A stretch of DNA of 64,000 nucleotides from a virus. Taxonomy: Duplodnaviria > Heunggongvirae > Uroviricota > Caudoviricetes. The stretch is taken from the IMG/VR virus record IMGVR_UViG_3300047189_000028, one strand, 5' to 3'. The translations under genes were made by a program, and so were the position numbers. The notes below the pieces were generated by a model, which did not search any database, was not told the DNA's origin, and worked only from the letters and a program-made list of their open reading frames with translations. Position 1 is the stretch's first letter. The number at the start of each line of letters is the position of its first letter. Of this stretch, positions 45,090-55,112 are shown piece after piece.

Positions 45090-45662
45090 TTAGAATGAAT
45101 GGACGTATCCAACACCCCAAGTGTGGTAATTGCTATCGCCGTGTTCACGTGCGATTTTTGCAGTCAGCTGATTAGTTGGTGTGAACTTGTAACCAACCTG
45201 AAGGCTATTCTCGACTGTGCGATACTTGTTGCCTTCACCAATGTCTGTCTCGTTGAACGGTGTACGTAGGCGACTCGTTGCCTTCAACTGAATCTGCTTC
45301 GTGACATCGTACTTGAGACCACCCTCAACTACGTAGTAGTCAAAGTTTGAAGTTGCCTTGCTTTTGTAACCAACAGCGCCAGCAACGTATGGCGTCAAGC
45401 CATGAAAGTTGGTGATGTTGTAGGCTCCACGAAGCTGGAATAAGCCTTCGTGCTTCGATGGATCATGAACAATTTCATTTTCCATACGGCCTTCTACGGC
45501 GAACTTGCCGATGTTGTCACCAACTGTGACGCCATATACATCATGCTGTTCCGCAACGCCGACCTTCTGCTTGCTCGAATAATCGAAACCAGCATAGTCA
45601 CCAGCCATTGCCGTCCCGACAAGTAGCATGCTCGCACATAAACCAATGATAACATTTTTCAT
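45090..45662 (-). CDS. outer-membrane beta-barrel protein (Ail/Lom/OmpX-like)
   Basis: Signal peptide, alternating beta-strand pattern, C-terminal ...GVGYVHSF ending in Phe. Confidence 0.55.
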   Translation of the reverse strand: MKNVIIGLCASMLLVGTAMAGDYAGFDYSSKQKVGVAEQHDVYGVTVGDNIGKFAVEGRMENEIVHDPSKHEGLFQLRGAYNITNFHGLTPYVAGAVGYKSKATSNFDYYVVEGGLKYDVTKQIQLKATSRLRTPFNETDIGEGNKYRTVENSLQVGYKFTPTNQLTAKIAREHGDSNYHTWGVGYVHSF

Positions 45663-45792
45663 AAGACTCCCTTTGGGTTAAATAAACGGGTGCCATTCTC
45701 CAATGTCCGGTAAAGAAAGTCAAGAGGATAAAAAGGGGCCTAGATGTAAATAGCCGCGCGGGGGTCATCCGCTACTCCTGCATGGAGCAGTG

Positions 45793-46119
45793 ATGAAGAG
45801 ACTCTTGGTTGTGATGTTGTTGATGGTATCTGGTTCCGCGTTCGCTGAATCTTCTCTGTTTGAAAAAATGCAAATGTGTACGTTTTATGCTACAAAAGTA
45901 ACCGAGCTTACGGTTTACGCAAAGGCGCTGAACGTCGATCAAATTAAAACTTTTGAAATCATTGTCCAAGAAAACGTTGATAACGTTACTTCGCCCAGTG
46001 TTAAACAATCAATCGCTTTCCTTGGTGACATTGCTTGGCGCAATCGTGAACAATCCCCCGTCGACGTTGGTATGGCTGTATATGCTAATTGTTTTGAAAA
46101 GACAGGAACTAAAACGTAG
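45793..46119 (+). CDS. secreted small protein (signal peptide MKRLLVVMLLMVSGSAFA)
   Basis: Plus-strand gene divergent from the OMP gene; GGAGCAGTGATG RBS. Confidence 0.5.
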   Translation: MKRLLVVMLLMVSGSAFAESSLFEKMQMCTFYATKVTELTVYAKALNVDQIKTFEIIVQENVDNVTSPSVKQSIAFLGDIAWRNREQSPVDVGMAVYANCFEKTGTKT

Positions 46120-46864
46120 TAACAGTACTCGTTTTCCAAGTTGAACGATCCACTGCACGCTTTAATTTACGAGCACCAGGATTTGTGCGACCTGTACGAT
46201 CGGGACCGTGTGCTTCTGTAATCATTCGCTGAGCTTGAATCTGTGACCAACCCTGCTGTGCATTTGGAATGTTTACTGGGAACTGGCTTAGGTAGCCACC
46301 AGGAAGCATTGTTGGATATGGACCTTGCAAGTGTCCACCGAAGTCCCACTTGTTACCTGGCATCGAGCGTTGAAAGTAAGCTGGTAGAACGAAGTCTGAC
46401 ATCAACACATTATCGATCTGATAGCCAAACTTATCATCTTCAACAGCATCGCAGTTCTCAAATGCATACAAGTAGCCTGTTGTGTTTGTTGTCTGAAGAA
46501 ATACTGTTAAATTGATCTCTGGATCGCCAAGCATTTCCAACAGTTCATGACTTGCTGTTACTGACCATTCCAATCCGTACTTGAGATCTGTTTTGCAGAA
46601 TACCTTTCCGATTGGAAGGCCTGCTGGTGTCAACTCATGATACCCTAAAGCACCTGCTGTATCGCTGTCGTCTAACAATACTAACCACCAATGCATTGAA
46701 TCTGGAGTTTGGCCTTTTGGAACGAACGTCAAATCAGCGTCAATCCCCCAAGCTGGTGCGAAGTCTCGGTGTACTTGGACTTGCATAGCTGCAACTACAG
46801 GTTGGGCTTGGACGTCTGTTACACACGTTGTCTGGTTGATGACTGAAATCTTGATGTTGGCCAT
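46109..46864 (-). CDS. hypothetical protein (251 aa)
   Basis: Internal ATG (MANIKIS...) with AGGAGAATTTC RBS. Confidence 0.5.
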   Translation of the reverse strand: MANIKISVINQTTCVTDVQAQPVVAAMQVQVHRDFAPAWGIDADLTFVPKGQTPDSMHWWLVLLDDSDTAGALGYHELTPAGLPIGKVFCKTDLKYGLEWSVTASHELLEMLGDPEINLTVFLQTTNTTGYLYAFENCDAVEDDKFGYQIDNVLMSDFVLPAYFQRSMPGNKWDFGGHLQGPYPTMLPGGYLSQFPVNIPNAQQGWSQIQAQRMITEAHGPDRTGRTNPGARKLKRAVDRSTWKTSTVTTF

Positions 46865-46931
46865 GAAATTCTCCTGATTTTGACCCCAATATTTATGGGT
46901 CAAAGGAGAATTTTAGGGTTCTATAGTAGAA

Positions 46932-47387
46932 TCAACGCTTATCGTTTGGAGTACCTATTCCAAATTTCTTTCTGTTCTTGTCGAAGTAGTCTGTGTTGAT
47001 CCATCTGTATGGATTATCGCGGTGTGTTTCGACTACACTCTTGAACAAAGGCGAATAGATTCGACGGAACTGTTCCTCAACATCCCACTCGTAGTGCTTT
47101 CGCTTTTCGTAGTCTACATCGTGATCGTTAAACAACACACGATTCGCGACTTCAGTCTTAGGGCATATAATCCAAAGTTCGCCCATATTCCAATAATCAC
47201 CACCAGTACATCCATATGGTTCTGTGTACCAGTGTGTTTGAACAGCAACACACGTTTTGATTTTGTGAATGCCTTTGCAGGCTACACAACGAAACAGTTT
47301 GTTCGCTTGTGCTTCTTTTAACTTACCACGAAGGGTTGCAACAACACCTTCAGCCTGTACAAGATCACGTTCTATAGTTTTGCTCAT
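46932..47387 (-). CDS. hypothetical protein (151 aa)
   Basis: ORF track; ATGA-coupled to an upstream 50-aa membrane ORF. Confidence 0.5.
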   Translation of the reverse strand: MSKTIERDLVQAEGVVATLRGKLKEAQANKLFRCVACKGIHKIKTCVAVQTHWYTEPYGCTGGDYWNMGELWIICPKTEVANRVLFNDHDVDYEKRKHYEWDVEEQFRRIYSPLFKSVVETHRDNPYRWINTDYFDKNRKKFGIGTPNDKR

Positions 47388-47540
47388 TTGTTCATCCAGT
47401 CATTACCAGTCCACTTATTATAATAGTACCGAATAGTTTGAAGGATACCAACAATCAGAATAAACCCCCCGAACATTTTAAGTGCGAGGATGATCTGGTC
47501 GGATGTGGTATACACATCATAACTAGAGTCAATCATTTGA
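47388..47540 (-). CDS. small membrane peptide (50 aa, MIDSSYDVYTTSDQIILALKMFGGFILIVGILQ...)
   Basis: Found by eye; ATGA overlap with the next gene. Confidence 0.35.
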
Positions 47541-47952
47541 TATTTTCCTGTTCCTTGATCAACCGAATAGCAGCGCGAACAACTGGCTTGTGCAAGTCAC
47601 GACCCACTGCATCGAACTCATCAACTGTCATCCATCTAACTTCTTCAGTCTCGTCACATGGATCACCAAACAAGTCTTTATCTTTGATCTTTGCAACGTG
47701 CACCGTTGTACGGCCAAGGAATGTTCCTAAGTCGTGTGCTTCAATGATATTTCCAGTGAATAGGCCAAGCTCTTCACCAGCCTCACGAAGGCCTGCCTCA
47801 AGGGCTGATTCACCTTCTTCGTGCTTTCCTTTTGCGATCTGGAATGTGTCACCACCGAACTTCGGGTCGGATGGTCGCATGAACAGCATCTTGATCTGTC
47901 CGTCTTCAACGATATATGGGATTACGCCCGAACGATCTACTTTCTTCGACAT
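47533..47952 (-). CDS. Nudix hydrolase
   Basis: Complete Nudix box GKHEEGESALEAGLREAGEELGL (GX5EX7REUXEEXGU). Confidence 0.7.
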   Translation of the reverse strand: MSKKVDRSGVIPYIVEDGQIKMLFMRPSDPKFGGDTFQIAKGKHEEGESALEAGLREAGEELGLFTGNIIEAHDLGTFLGRTTVHVAKIKDKDLFGDPCDETEEVRWMTVDEFDAVGRDLHKPVVRAAIRLIKEQENIK

Positions 47953-48006
47953 AGTATTCTTCCTCTTTGTAGAGATGATACTAGTACTTATGTGTGAAGA
48001 AAAGGG

Positions 48007-48216
48007 TTAGTCGACTGGCTTGAAATACTCCATTACGGTTTCCATCGCGTCGAGTAATCGAACATTACGCCCTAAATCTTCGAGTTGATGTTGGGGTAAC
48101 TTACGCTTACGTTTGAGACCTTTGGTCTCTTCTTGTAGTAGCTCACGATAGTACACAAGTGAATCGTACACTATGCGATCTGCTACCTCAGCATCAATTG
48201 TGATCTTCATTTCCAT
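48007..48216 (-). CDS. hypothetical protein (69 aa)
   Basis: ORF track. Confidence 0.4.
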   Translation of the reverse strand: MEMKITIDAEVADRIVYDSLVYYRELLQEETKGLKRKRKLPQHQLEDLGRNVRLLDAMETVMEYFKPVD

Positions 48217-48953
48217 TACTGATTCGCTGATGCGCCGCCAGTTCCTGATGTAGTGAGCGGCGGTAGATTACGACGAGCGCCATCCCAGTCAACATTTGTA
48301 CACCACTTCATAGCTTCACCAGATAAATTTTCTGAGTGGCAGAATCCGCTGACAATACCAGCAATCTGTTCAATACGAGCACGAACAATCTTCATGCGTT
48401 CTGTAGCTCGTGTCCACGCTTCCGCATTAACAGTAGATAGTTTGTTGAGTTCCGCAAGGCGAGCATTCTGCTTTACAATTACAGCATTAACAGGATCAAC
48501 ATTCTGGTGATTCCACTGTACTGTGTAATTAGCCCACCACTGCTTATTGCGCTCAAACTGTGCTTCTAGTTCGGCTTTCCAATTAATGCAATGGTTGTAT
48601 CCGTCCATTTCCTTATCACGATCAAACTGACGGTTGCATTGAGCATTATACTGAGCAGCTTGTTCGTTTTGCTTCTGTTCTACAGGGACACGAACAGTTG
48701 TAACTACATTAGTCTTTGCAACTTCAAGTGCAGCAAGTTTTTGCTTCTGATCATCTACATACACCTTCGCTTCCTTTTTATAGTTGGCGTCATTGGTGAG
48801 TGTATTCTGAATTGTTGTTGTTAGACCTGGAACTTCTGTAGCAAGGGTTCCCATCTCAGACGAGAGTCCCTGAACTTGTGCAAGCTGACCAGGAGGTTCA
48901 GCAAATGCAACAGATGTAATAGCAAGTAAGTATATTGTGGCTAAGTATTTCAT
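48216..48953 (-). CDS. secreted protein with signal peptide (245 aa)
   Basis: Start at MKYLATIYLLAITSVAFA. Confidence 0.5.
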   Translation of the reverse strand: MKYLATIYLLAITSVAFAEPPGQLAQVQGLSSEMGTLATEVPGLTTTIQNTLTNDANYKKEAKVYVDDQKQKLAALEVAKTNVVTTVRVPVEQKQNEQAAQYNAQCNRQFDRDKEMDGYNHCINWKAELEAQFERNKQWWANYTVQWNHQNVDPVNAVIVKQNARLAELNKLSTVNAEAWTRATERMKIVRARIEQIAGIVSGFCHSENLSGEAMKWCTNVDWDGARRNLPPLTTSGTGGASANQ

Positions 48954-49357
48954 ATTGTCACCTTGAGACAAACTCGTTGTCTAACAGCTTCGAGGGTTTG
49001 GGTTGCAGGAGGTCCGGTAATAGTTTTCCAGCTGGTATCACCAACTTCAATTTCATTGCTATCGAGATCAATAAACGACAATCGTCGAGCACGGCCTTCG
49101 CCTGTATGACAATTGACTTCGAACAAGGAAAGAATAGTGCCAATCTGTTTGCCGTTGAAAGAGAATGGATTTATGTAGAACGTCATTACATTAAAGCCGT
49201 TGAAATCACCATCAACAATTAGACGAGCATCATCAAGCATGATCGATGTGAGTCCATTTGGACCTTGCGTCTTTCCGACTTCAACCCAATGTTGGTAAGT
49301 CTTGGCAAATGCTGACGTTGAAAGTAAAAGAGCAAAAAATGTGGCTAATATTTTCAT
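48950..49357 (-). CDS. secreted protein with signal peptide (135 aa)
   Basis: MKILATFFALLLSTSAFA. Confidence 0.5.
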   Translation of the reverse strand: MKILATFFALLLSTSAFAKTYQHWVEVGKTQGPNGLTSIMLDDARLIVDGDFNGFNVMTFYINPFSFNGKQIGTILSLFEVNCHTGEGRARRLSFIDLDSNEIEVGDTSWKTITGPPATQTLEAVRQRVCLKVTI

Positions 49358-49366
49358 GCGGATAGT

Positions 49367-49561
49367 TTACCCGATTCTTGCTCGCACGACAACATCATCC
49401 GCATTGACCTGTATATTATAGCGATTTGGGTGCTGGTAATCGGTATCCCAGCGGTTTGCGCGTCGATCCAGATACGTATAACAGAAAGAGGAGTTCTGTT
49501 CCGCTAAAAGCTTGATTGCCTCTTCAATGTGCAATCCAATCAGTGTTTGTGGATCAATCAT
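49367..49561 (-). CDS. hypothetical protein (64 aa)
   Basis: ORF track. Confidence 0.4.
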   Translation of the reverse strand: MIDPQTLIGLHIEEAIKLLAEQNSSFCYTYLDRRANRWDTDYQHPNRYNIQVNADDVVVRARIG

Positions 49562-49758
49562 ATTATCCTGCTATAAATCCTGCTGAGGTTGCATTTGTTG
49601 CACCTGCCTTGCTGATCTGGTGTGAGTTGTGCCCACGTAAGAGCACCCGGTGCTGCCTGTGCTTCGTACATTGCTTGCGCTCGTGCAACGGGATCATCCA
49701 TATGTAGCTGTTTGCACAACGTCATCTTCGCCAACAAATAAACGAACACGATTTGCAT
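49558..49758 (-). CDS. hypothetical protein (66 aa)
   Basis: ORF track. Confidence 0.4.
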   Translation of the reverse strand: MQIVFVYLLAKMTLCKQLHMDDPVARAQAMYEAQAAPGALTWAQLTPDQQGRCNKCNLSRIYSRII

Positions 49759-49909
49759 TGTATCCTAAACTGTTGTGCCAGATGTTTTTTGAGATGAGAA
49801 TATATTCAACCCCAACATCCTCAAGTGTGGCAATTGCGTCTTTGAAATTTATACCAACGAAGCACTCAAGTTCTTCGTTTGGCTCGATTGTACCTTGATC
49901 ATCACTCAT
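49694..49909 (-). CDS. hypothetical protein (71 aa)
   Basis: ORF track. Confidence 0.4.
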   Translation of the reverse strand: MSDDQGTIEPNEELECFVGINFKDAIATLEDVGVEYILISKNIWHNSLGYNANRVRLFVGEDDVVQTATYG

Positions 49910-49955
49910 TGTCCCACTCCAATTCTGTTATCGGTCTTGTCGTCGATACTGCCCA

Positions 49956-50324
49956 TTAGAAATTGCTATTTGAAAGCGATGCTGCGTACTTCGTGTTCGA
50001 CAGATTCCAATGCTGCTTCCAATTCCAGTTGTCGTCAACATAGTTTGAAAATTGCTGCTGGTCAAGTTCGACTATTGGATCGACATCCATTTCAAGCATA
50101 CGGATTACCATGTTGTATTCGCCTGTGTGGTCTTGGGGAGCTTGCTCAAAGAAAGCTACAACAACCTTCTTTCCACTTTTGAGAAGCTTGAGGTTTTCTT
50201 CAAGAATACGTATGCATTCTTTGCGGTAGCCTTCGAAAGCTTCTTCATAAACTGAATGATGGTTGTCGCGATTCTTCTTAATTGTCGCCAACAGTTCTTT
50301 CTTATCTACTTTAATTGAGTGCAT
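49956..50324 (-). CDS. hypothetical protein (122 aa)
   Basis: ORF track. Confidence 0.45.
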   Translation of the reverse strand: MHSIKVDKKELLATIKKNRDNHHSVYEEAFEGYRKECIRILEENLKLLKSGKKVVVAFFEQAPQDHTGEYNMVIRMLEMDVDPIVELDQQQFSNYVDDNWNWKQHWNLSNTKYAASLSNSNF

Positions 50325-50332
50325 GTTATTCC

Positions 50333-50563
50333 TTATTTAATTCCAAAATGTTTTTTGATCATTTGCATTGCTGCAAGTCGACCGTATTCTTCGTTCATTG
50401 AAGTGAGGTCATCTGATGGGTCGAGCACCTTGAGGCACTCTTCAACAACCAGTTCACCAAACTTTTCTTCCCATACCCACGGCACAGGACCATCGCTGTC
50501 CTTGTAGGTTTCACAACAATGGTCAAATGCTTGTGTTGCAAGTTCACGAATCTTTGTGTTCAT
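50333..50563 (-). CDS. hypothetical protein (76 aa)
   Basis: ORF track. Confidence 0.45.
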   Translation of the reverse strand: MNTKIRELATQAFDHCCETYKDSDGPVPWVWEEKFGELVVEECLKVLDPSDDLTSMNEEYGRLAAMQMIKKHFGIK

Positions 50564-51495
50564 TAGGTACCTACACCATTTCCAAACACACTGTTCTGGA
50601 TACGGTGGCAGTAAATGTATCCTTTATCGATACACATTTGTGCTACCTTCGCTGCAATCTCTTGTTGCTGTTCTTCCGTACAAGCTACTGGCATAATGTA
50701 TACGTCAGCATCTCGTGGAACACCAACCCCATAATATTCTTCCATTGCGTTTTCAACTTCTCTAAAGTCTACTTCATATGGGCCACAAACGAACTTGAAA
50801 TACTGTTCTGTATACAGACGACCGATTACAGCCGTTGGATGTGCTGGATCAGTTGCGTATAAAATTTGCTTTCGAGCAATCTCTGGACGAATAGCATCCT
50901 TCCAAATCTCACCACTACCAGAAATCTTTGGTGAGTTGCTCCAAATAAATCTAATCTGGCTAACAAGTGTCTGCTTGTGGGATGCCCACTCGTATAATGC
51001 TGTTAGGTCTTTATCGCGCATTGGAGCAGCACAGTTTGTTTCAATCAGAACCGTACGCATACCATGCTGATACAGTTCCTCGAGAATAGGAATCCAGAAC
51101 TTGAGTCGGATTGTAGGCTCACCCCCTGTTAGTGATAAAATGACTCGTTTGCCAGTTACTGGATTTTGGAAAGTGTTGTGTGGAAGTACTTTTAATACTT
51201 CAGCGGCAAGTGCCTTTTCATCTCCTTGCCCCCACATATGTGCGAACTTAGGATTGACAGCATATTGACTATCGCATCCTTTGTGGATAAGTGGAATGTC
51301 TTGAAGTGTCTTGAAATCTTCTGGCTCAAAATTTAGTGTTGCATACCCATCACTTTCAATAGCTTTTGTTGGATTGTTAAATCCACGACATTGAAAGTTG
51401 CAACGAGCGAAACGAATATAAACTGTTGGGTGCCCGGCATATTTGGCTTCACCTTCAATAGACATAAAGATTTCAGACCATTCATACTTTGCCAT
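50563..51495 (-). CDS. queE: QueE-like radical-SAM enzyme (7-carboxy-7-deazaguanine synthase family) with non-canonical Cys spacing
   Basis: N-terminus EIFMSIEGEAKYAGHPTVYIRFARCNFQC follows the QueE hallmark EIF.SIQGEG...P.VFIRF.GCN. The canonical CxxxCxxC is replaced by CNFQC plus a distal Cys. Confidence 0.55.
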   Translation of the reverse strand: MAKYEWSEIFMSIEGEAKYAGHPTVYIRFARCNFQCRGFNNPTKAIESDGYATLNFEPEDFKTLQDIPLIHKGCDSQYAVNPKFAHMWGQGDEKALAAEVLKVLPHNTFQNPVTGKRVILSLTGGEPTIRLKFWIPILEELYQHGMRTVLIETNCAAPMRDKDLTALYEWASHKQTLVSQIRFIWSNSPKISGSGEIWKDAIRPEIARKQILYATDPAHPTAVIGRLYTEQYFKFVCGPYEVDFREVENAMEEYYGVGVPRDADVYIMPVACTEEQQQEIAAKVAQMCIDKGYIYCHRIQNSVFGNGVGT

Positions 51496-52369
51496 TTAAT
51501 ATTTTCCTTAGTTGATCGGGTGTTTGAACAAACAGAAAATTTTCGTTTAATTCCTTAACCCAACTTATCTTTTTTTGAAGTCTTGATTTATACACTTCCG
51601 TTTTAATTCCTGAAACTTCTATCCATAATTGTACCTCAGGAATATAGAAATCACAAGTGTGATTTGTTGTACTTTGAGGGTATCGTTTTTGGTGTTCAAA
51701 CGACAACCCATTATTTTTACAAGCCTCTTGAACTACAGTATAACAAGCACTTTCAAGTATTGACCTAAATGTAATACCATTAACAGTGGTTGGTGTTCCA
51801 AATTTAGATCTGCATTTTGGACATCCAGTTGCTCTTTTTCCATGTAGTTTCGTTGGTTTTGCTTTCCACGAGTATAAGCAATATTCACATTTTACGGTAA
51901 TAGGAACATGAGATCCACAATAGTTTCCCACTCTTACAATTCCACGCTGTGCCTTTTTGAGTTTTGTATCAAATTGCTCATTAGTTAATAGGGTATTAAA
52001 AGCACAAGTGGGACATCCTTGTCTGGCAGAAATATGTTTGTTTGGTGTTATTGAAAAGGGTCCATGAAATTTACATTCGACCAATATAGGACGCAATGCT
52101 GAAGAATATTTTGTGTTTGTGTAATCATAGGTGGTTCCATGAATGCTCTTAGCTTTAGAGATGAATTCATCGGTAGTTAGTTTAATTGAGCCGGCACATT
52201 TTGGACACCCTGTCTTTTGATTTATTATTTTGAAGGGGGTAGTAGTCCAACAATGATCGCAGATGAGACACTTAAACTTTGTGGGTTTGCTAACAAAGGT
52301 AAATTCTTCAACAACTTGAATTTTTCGCTTTGTTAATATATAATCAATCTGCTTTTTTGTCCTGCTCAT
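51482..52369 (-). CDS. freestanding homing-endonuclease-like protein: multiple GCPxC zinc ribbons plus C-terminal Vsr/DUF559-like nuclease motif
   Basis: Repeated GCPKC/GCPTC; C-terminal CDFYIPEVQLWIEVSG resembles the Vsr/DUF559 core (D..iP....iEvDG). Start MSRTKKQ with AGGAGAGACACG RBS. Confidence 0.5.
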   Translation of the reverse strand: MSRTKKQIDYILTKRKIQVVEEFTFVSKPTKFKCLICDHCWTTTPFKIINQKTGCPKCAGSIKLTTDEFISKAKSIHGTTYDYTNTKYSSALRPILVECKFHGPFSITPNKHISARQGCPTCAFNTLLTNEQFDTKLKKAQRGIVRVGNYCGSHVPITVKCEYCLYSWKAKPTKLHGKRATGCPKCRSKFGTPTTVNGITFRSILESACYTVVQEACKNNGLSFEHQKRYPQSTTNHTCDFYIPEVQLWIEVSGIKTEVYKSRLQKKISWVKELNENFLFVQTPDQLRKILNGKV

Positions 52370-52437
52370 CGTGTCTCTCCTATAAATAGTATTTATAAGT
52401 AATGTGCGATAAGTTGGACACAACAATAAGGGTTATA

Positions 52438-53934
52438 ATGAGAAAGAAAGTAACGATAAACAAATCAACATTTGATGTTCCAGCCTTTTCACAAAACGAG
52501 ATTAAAAACGAAGGTAAGGTATACACTCCTGATGTGGTAACTCAGGATATTGTCGCTCGCTTTCCATATTTTGTTGATCCAAGTCGTGTTGTTGCTGATC
52601 CGTCTTGTGGTCAAGGTAATTTACTTCGTGTTGTGTTTCAACACCGACTTACGCAAACCAAGTCAGCGGATCAAGCATTTGAAAATATTAGAGGATTTGA
52701 GCTTGATCCGGTTGGTGTTCAAAGGGCTCACGAATATTTTATTGAAGAGGGTGTTTCAAAAAAACTCGTAAAGCAGAATATTGTTCAATGTAACACACTA
52801 GAACGCTACACTAAGTACACTGGAACAATTGATGATGTACTTGGAAATCCACCATATGTTAGATCGCCGGGTAATCTTCCGGCTTCAATTACAATGAACG
52901 ATAACTTAGTGGATGCGTTCTTTCAGGTTGGTATGGAATTATTGAAGCCTGGTAACGACCATCACCTTGTGTACATCGTACAGGATTCGTTTATTACAAA
53001 TGAAATTTCACCATTGCGTGAATATTTTCAACAGTTTAATATTAAGACGCTTGAACATCGTTTTGATTACTCACAAGCATTTCGTCGTCACGACATTGCT
53101 GTAGATATTGCTCTTGTTGAACTAACTAAGGGACCACAACAAGAATTTGTTGATGTTAGTAGACACATTCCATTCAAAATGCCAGCAGCATCCTTTCAAA
53201 CGAAAGAAAAATGGTTAATATATCCTTCCGTCATCAATGATCTTGCGGTTAAGCTTGGATCGGTTGGATACCCTCTGTCTTCTTTATGTACTATTAAGAA
53301 AGGACGAACAGTAAACCAGAATGGTGCTGTGCCAGCATCTTACGGAAGCACAACATTTAGTAAGAAAAAAACTAAGGAATTTAGTATTCCGGTGTTGAGC
53401 GAACCAAACACAGGTTATTTTTTTCCTGAAAGTCTAACGCCATTAGTTTTTGGCAAGTCAGTTGATAAGGTAATAGATAAACCGTTTGAACCTTTTGTTG
53501 TATTACCATACTTTACAAGTAAATTTCGGTTCTGTCTTATTGAACAAGACCTACTTACGACTCCATTGCTCTATACACTATCAGGTCCCAATGTAAAGTG
53601 GTTACTTCCTATTCTTAATTGCTCAGCAGTTGATTTTATGATCCGGTATCACACAAAGAGTCGTGACACTGGATACGAATTTAAGAGTTCAACATTTGAT
53701 AGGATTATCATTCCTACACTTGATTCTAAGGGAAGAAAACAAATGCTCCACCTCGTAGAGCTTGTTCGTTCTGGAAAGATAAGTAAAGAAGACTGTGATC
53801 GCTATGTAATGGATAATGTCTTCAAGTTATCCAAAGAAGAACAGGAACTAATTGAAAAATGTAAGGTCTTCTGGTTTAAGAAGAATGTCAAGACTTTACT
53901 TGCTGATCCTGATTTTTTAGCGACATTATCTTAG
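52438..53934 (+). CDS. gamma-class N6-adenine DNA methyltransferase with C-terminal target-recognition region
   Basis: Motif X VYTPDVV, motif I ADPSCGQGNLL, motif IV GNPPY, in that order. Confidence 0.7.
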   Translation: MRKKVTINKSTFDVPAFSQNEIKNEGKVYTPDVVTQDIVARFPYFVDPSRVVADPSCGQGNLLRVVFQHRLTQTKSADQAFENIRGFELDPVGVQRAHEYFIEEGVSKKLVKQNIVQCNTLERYTKYTGTIDDVLGNPPYVRSPGNLPASITMNDNLVDAFFQVGMELLKPGNDHHLVYIVQDSFITNEISPLREYFQQFNIKTLEHRFDYSQAFRRHDIAVDIALVELTKGPQQEFVDVSRHIPFKMPAASFQTKEKWLIYPSVINDLAVKLGSVGYPLSSLCTIKKGRTVNQNGAVPASYGSTTFSKKKTKEFSIPVLSEPNTGYFFPESLTPLVFGKSVDKVIDKPFEPFVVLPYFTSKFRFCLIEQDLLTTPLLYTLSGPNVKWLLPILNCSAVDFMIRYHTKSRDTGYEFKSSTFDRIIIPTLDSKGRKQMLHLVELVRSGKISKEDCDRYVMDNVFKLSKEEQELIEKCKVFWFKKNVKTLLADPDFLATLS

Positions 53935-54799
53935 CTGTAATTGTATTGACATAGAATTCGCGGAGTGTTTCACCTTCCATAAAGCCTTTTGAAATATCGT
54001 GAATGTCAACCGGACGAAGAATTCGTTTCTGTTCAAATGTAGTAGTTGGATCGTTATCCAACGCTTTCTGTTCTTCAATAGAGAACTCTACATATGCGTT
54101 TGCGATATGATAGTACGATTTATCAAGCATTGTTTGGAGGAAGCTGAGATCATAACCAATCCAGGACACAAACAAATCATCAAGTTCGCCCTTAGTACCA
54201 ACACTCTTACCTGATACCATTGAAAAGCGTTCCGTAATATTCTGTAGTTCACTAATGCGTTTGTTTTCTTCGTGAAAAATATTTGTTGTTTTATAGGTGA
54301 TTCGGATATCCTCATTACCTGACTTTTTCTTGCGAGGGTGAATAACCTTTAACTCAGGTCCAAAATCTTTCAGAATTGACTGAACCCACTTTAACAGGAG
54401 TTTATCTAATGCTTGTGATCTTGAACTGTTCTTACCTTTGCTGGCACCCTTTTGAACGGAAGCAATATATGCCCATTCCTCAATGAATCCGCGAGGAACT
54501 GTGGTTGAGTATGCTCTAACATCATCAAACAACTTCAATTCTTTGGCTGCAGCCTTGACCTTGTCAAATTCTGAGTCTGCTACCAACACAACATATAGAC
54601 AACAATTTAGACTATCAACTTCGTATACAGATTTCAGCACTTCTTTATCAAAAGGAGCATCTTCAAAATCAATAATAGCAATATCGTGTTTTTTGTTTTT
54701 GGGTTGAATCACGAAACTAATCTGAACATCGCCTATAGTATATCGCTTCCAAGAGCGAGGACGACGACCTAAGTTACAGGGAGTGATTGTAGCAGTCAT
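53888..54799 (-). CDS. hypothetical protein convergent with the MTase; candidate restriction endonuclease
   Basis: Own TTGACT-N16-TATAAT promoter. Convergent 3'-overlapping arrangement with the MTase. No recognisable catalytic motif. Confidence 0.3.
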   Translation of the reverse strand: MTATITPCNLGRRPRSWKRYTIGDVQISFVIQPKNKKHDIAIIDFEDAPFDKEVLKSVYEVDSLNCCLYVVLVADSEFDKVKAAAKELKLFDDVRAYSTTVPRGFIEEWAYIASVQKGASKGKNSSRSQALDKLLLKWVQSILKDFGPELKVIHPRKKKSGNEDIRITYKTTNIFHEENKRISELQNITERFSMVSGKSVGTKGELDDLFVSWIGYDLSFLQTMLDKSYYHIANAYVEFSIEEQKALDNDPTTTFEQKRILRPVDIHDISKGFMEGETLREFYVNTITAKIMSLKNQDQQVKS

Positions 54800-54828
54800 A
54801 TAACACCAACTATTGTTTAGATAGAAGA

Positions 54829-54856
54829 ATTATACCCTAATGATACTAAAAGTCAA
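54829..54856 (-). promoter_or_regulatory. sigma70-like promoter TTGACT-N16-(TTAGGG)TATAAT
   Basis: rc: TTGACTtttagtatcattagggTATAAT. Confidence 0.55.
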
Positions 54857-54860
54857 CCAA

Positions 54861-55055
54861 TTATTCTTTCTTTATAAAGATTAAATTTAACACATTCGTA
54901 ATGTGGCCTTCGTGGATGTGGGTTTGTGTGGGAACTACAAATTGAAGTTCATAGCCAGCGTCAATCAATGATGTAACATGTTGCTCATTTGCGGTAATGT
55001 GTTGACGATCGTTTGTTCCGATTACTAAATGCTTAAATTTTGTTTGTTGTGACAT
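54861..55055 (-). CDS. small hypothetical protein (64 aa), weakly QueE C-terminus-like
   Basis: AGGAGAAAGAT RBS. ITANEQHVTSLIDAGYELQF loosely parallels QueE CTEEQQQEIAAKVAQMCIDKGYIYCH. Confidence 0.35.
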   Translation of the reverse strand: MSQQTKFKHLVIGTNDRQHITANEQHVTSLIDAGYELQFVVPTQTHIHEGHITNVLNLIFIKKE

Positions 55056-55067
55056 ATCTTTCTCCTG

Positions 55068-55112
55068 TTATTTAATACTCATAAACACTTCAGACCATTC
55101 GTACTTAGCCAT
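55068..55112 (-). pseudogene. truncated queE paralog 5' remnant (14 codons, MAKYEWSEVFMSIK then stop)
   Basis: 12/14 residues identical to the intact QueE N-terminus; ~80 percent nt identity. Confidence 0.55.

Noticed and set aside
47438-48010. 190-aa plus ORF.
   Set aside because: Antisense to the Nudix gene, which has a complete Nudix box. Ser/Pro-rich shadow.
52381-52388. TATAAATA, the T4 late-promoter consensus, upstream of the MTase.
   Set aside because: A single occurrence inside an AT-rich island, so the chance expectation is high. No other late-type promoters were seen in the window.
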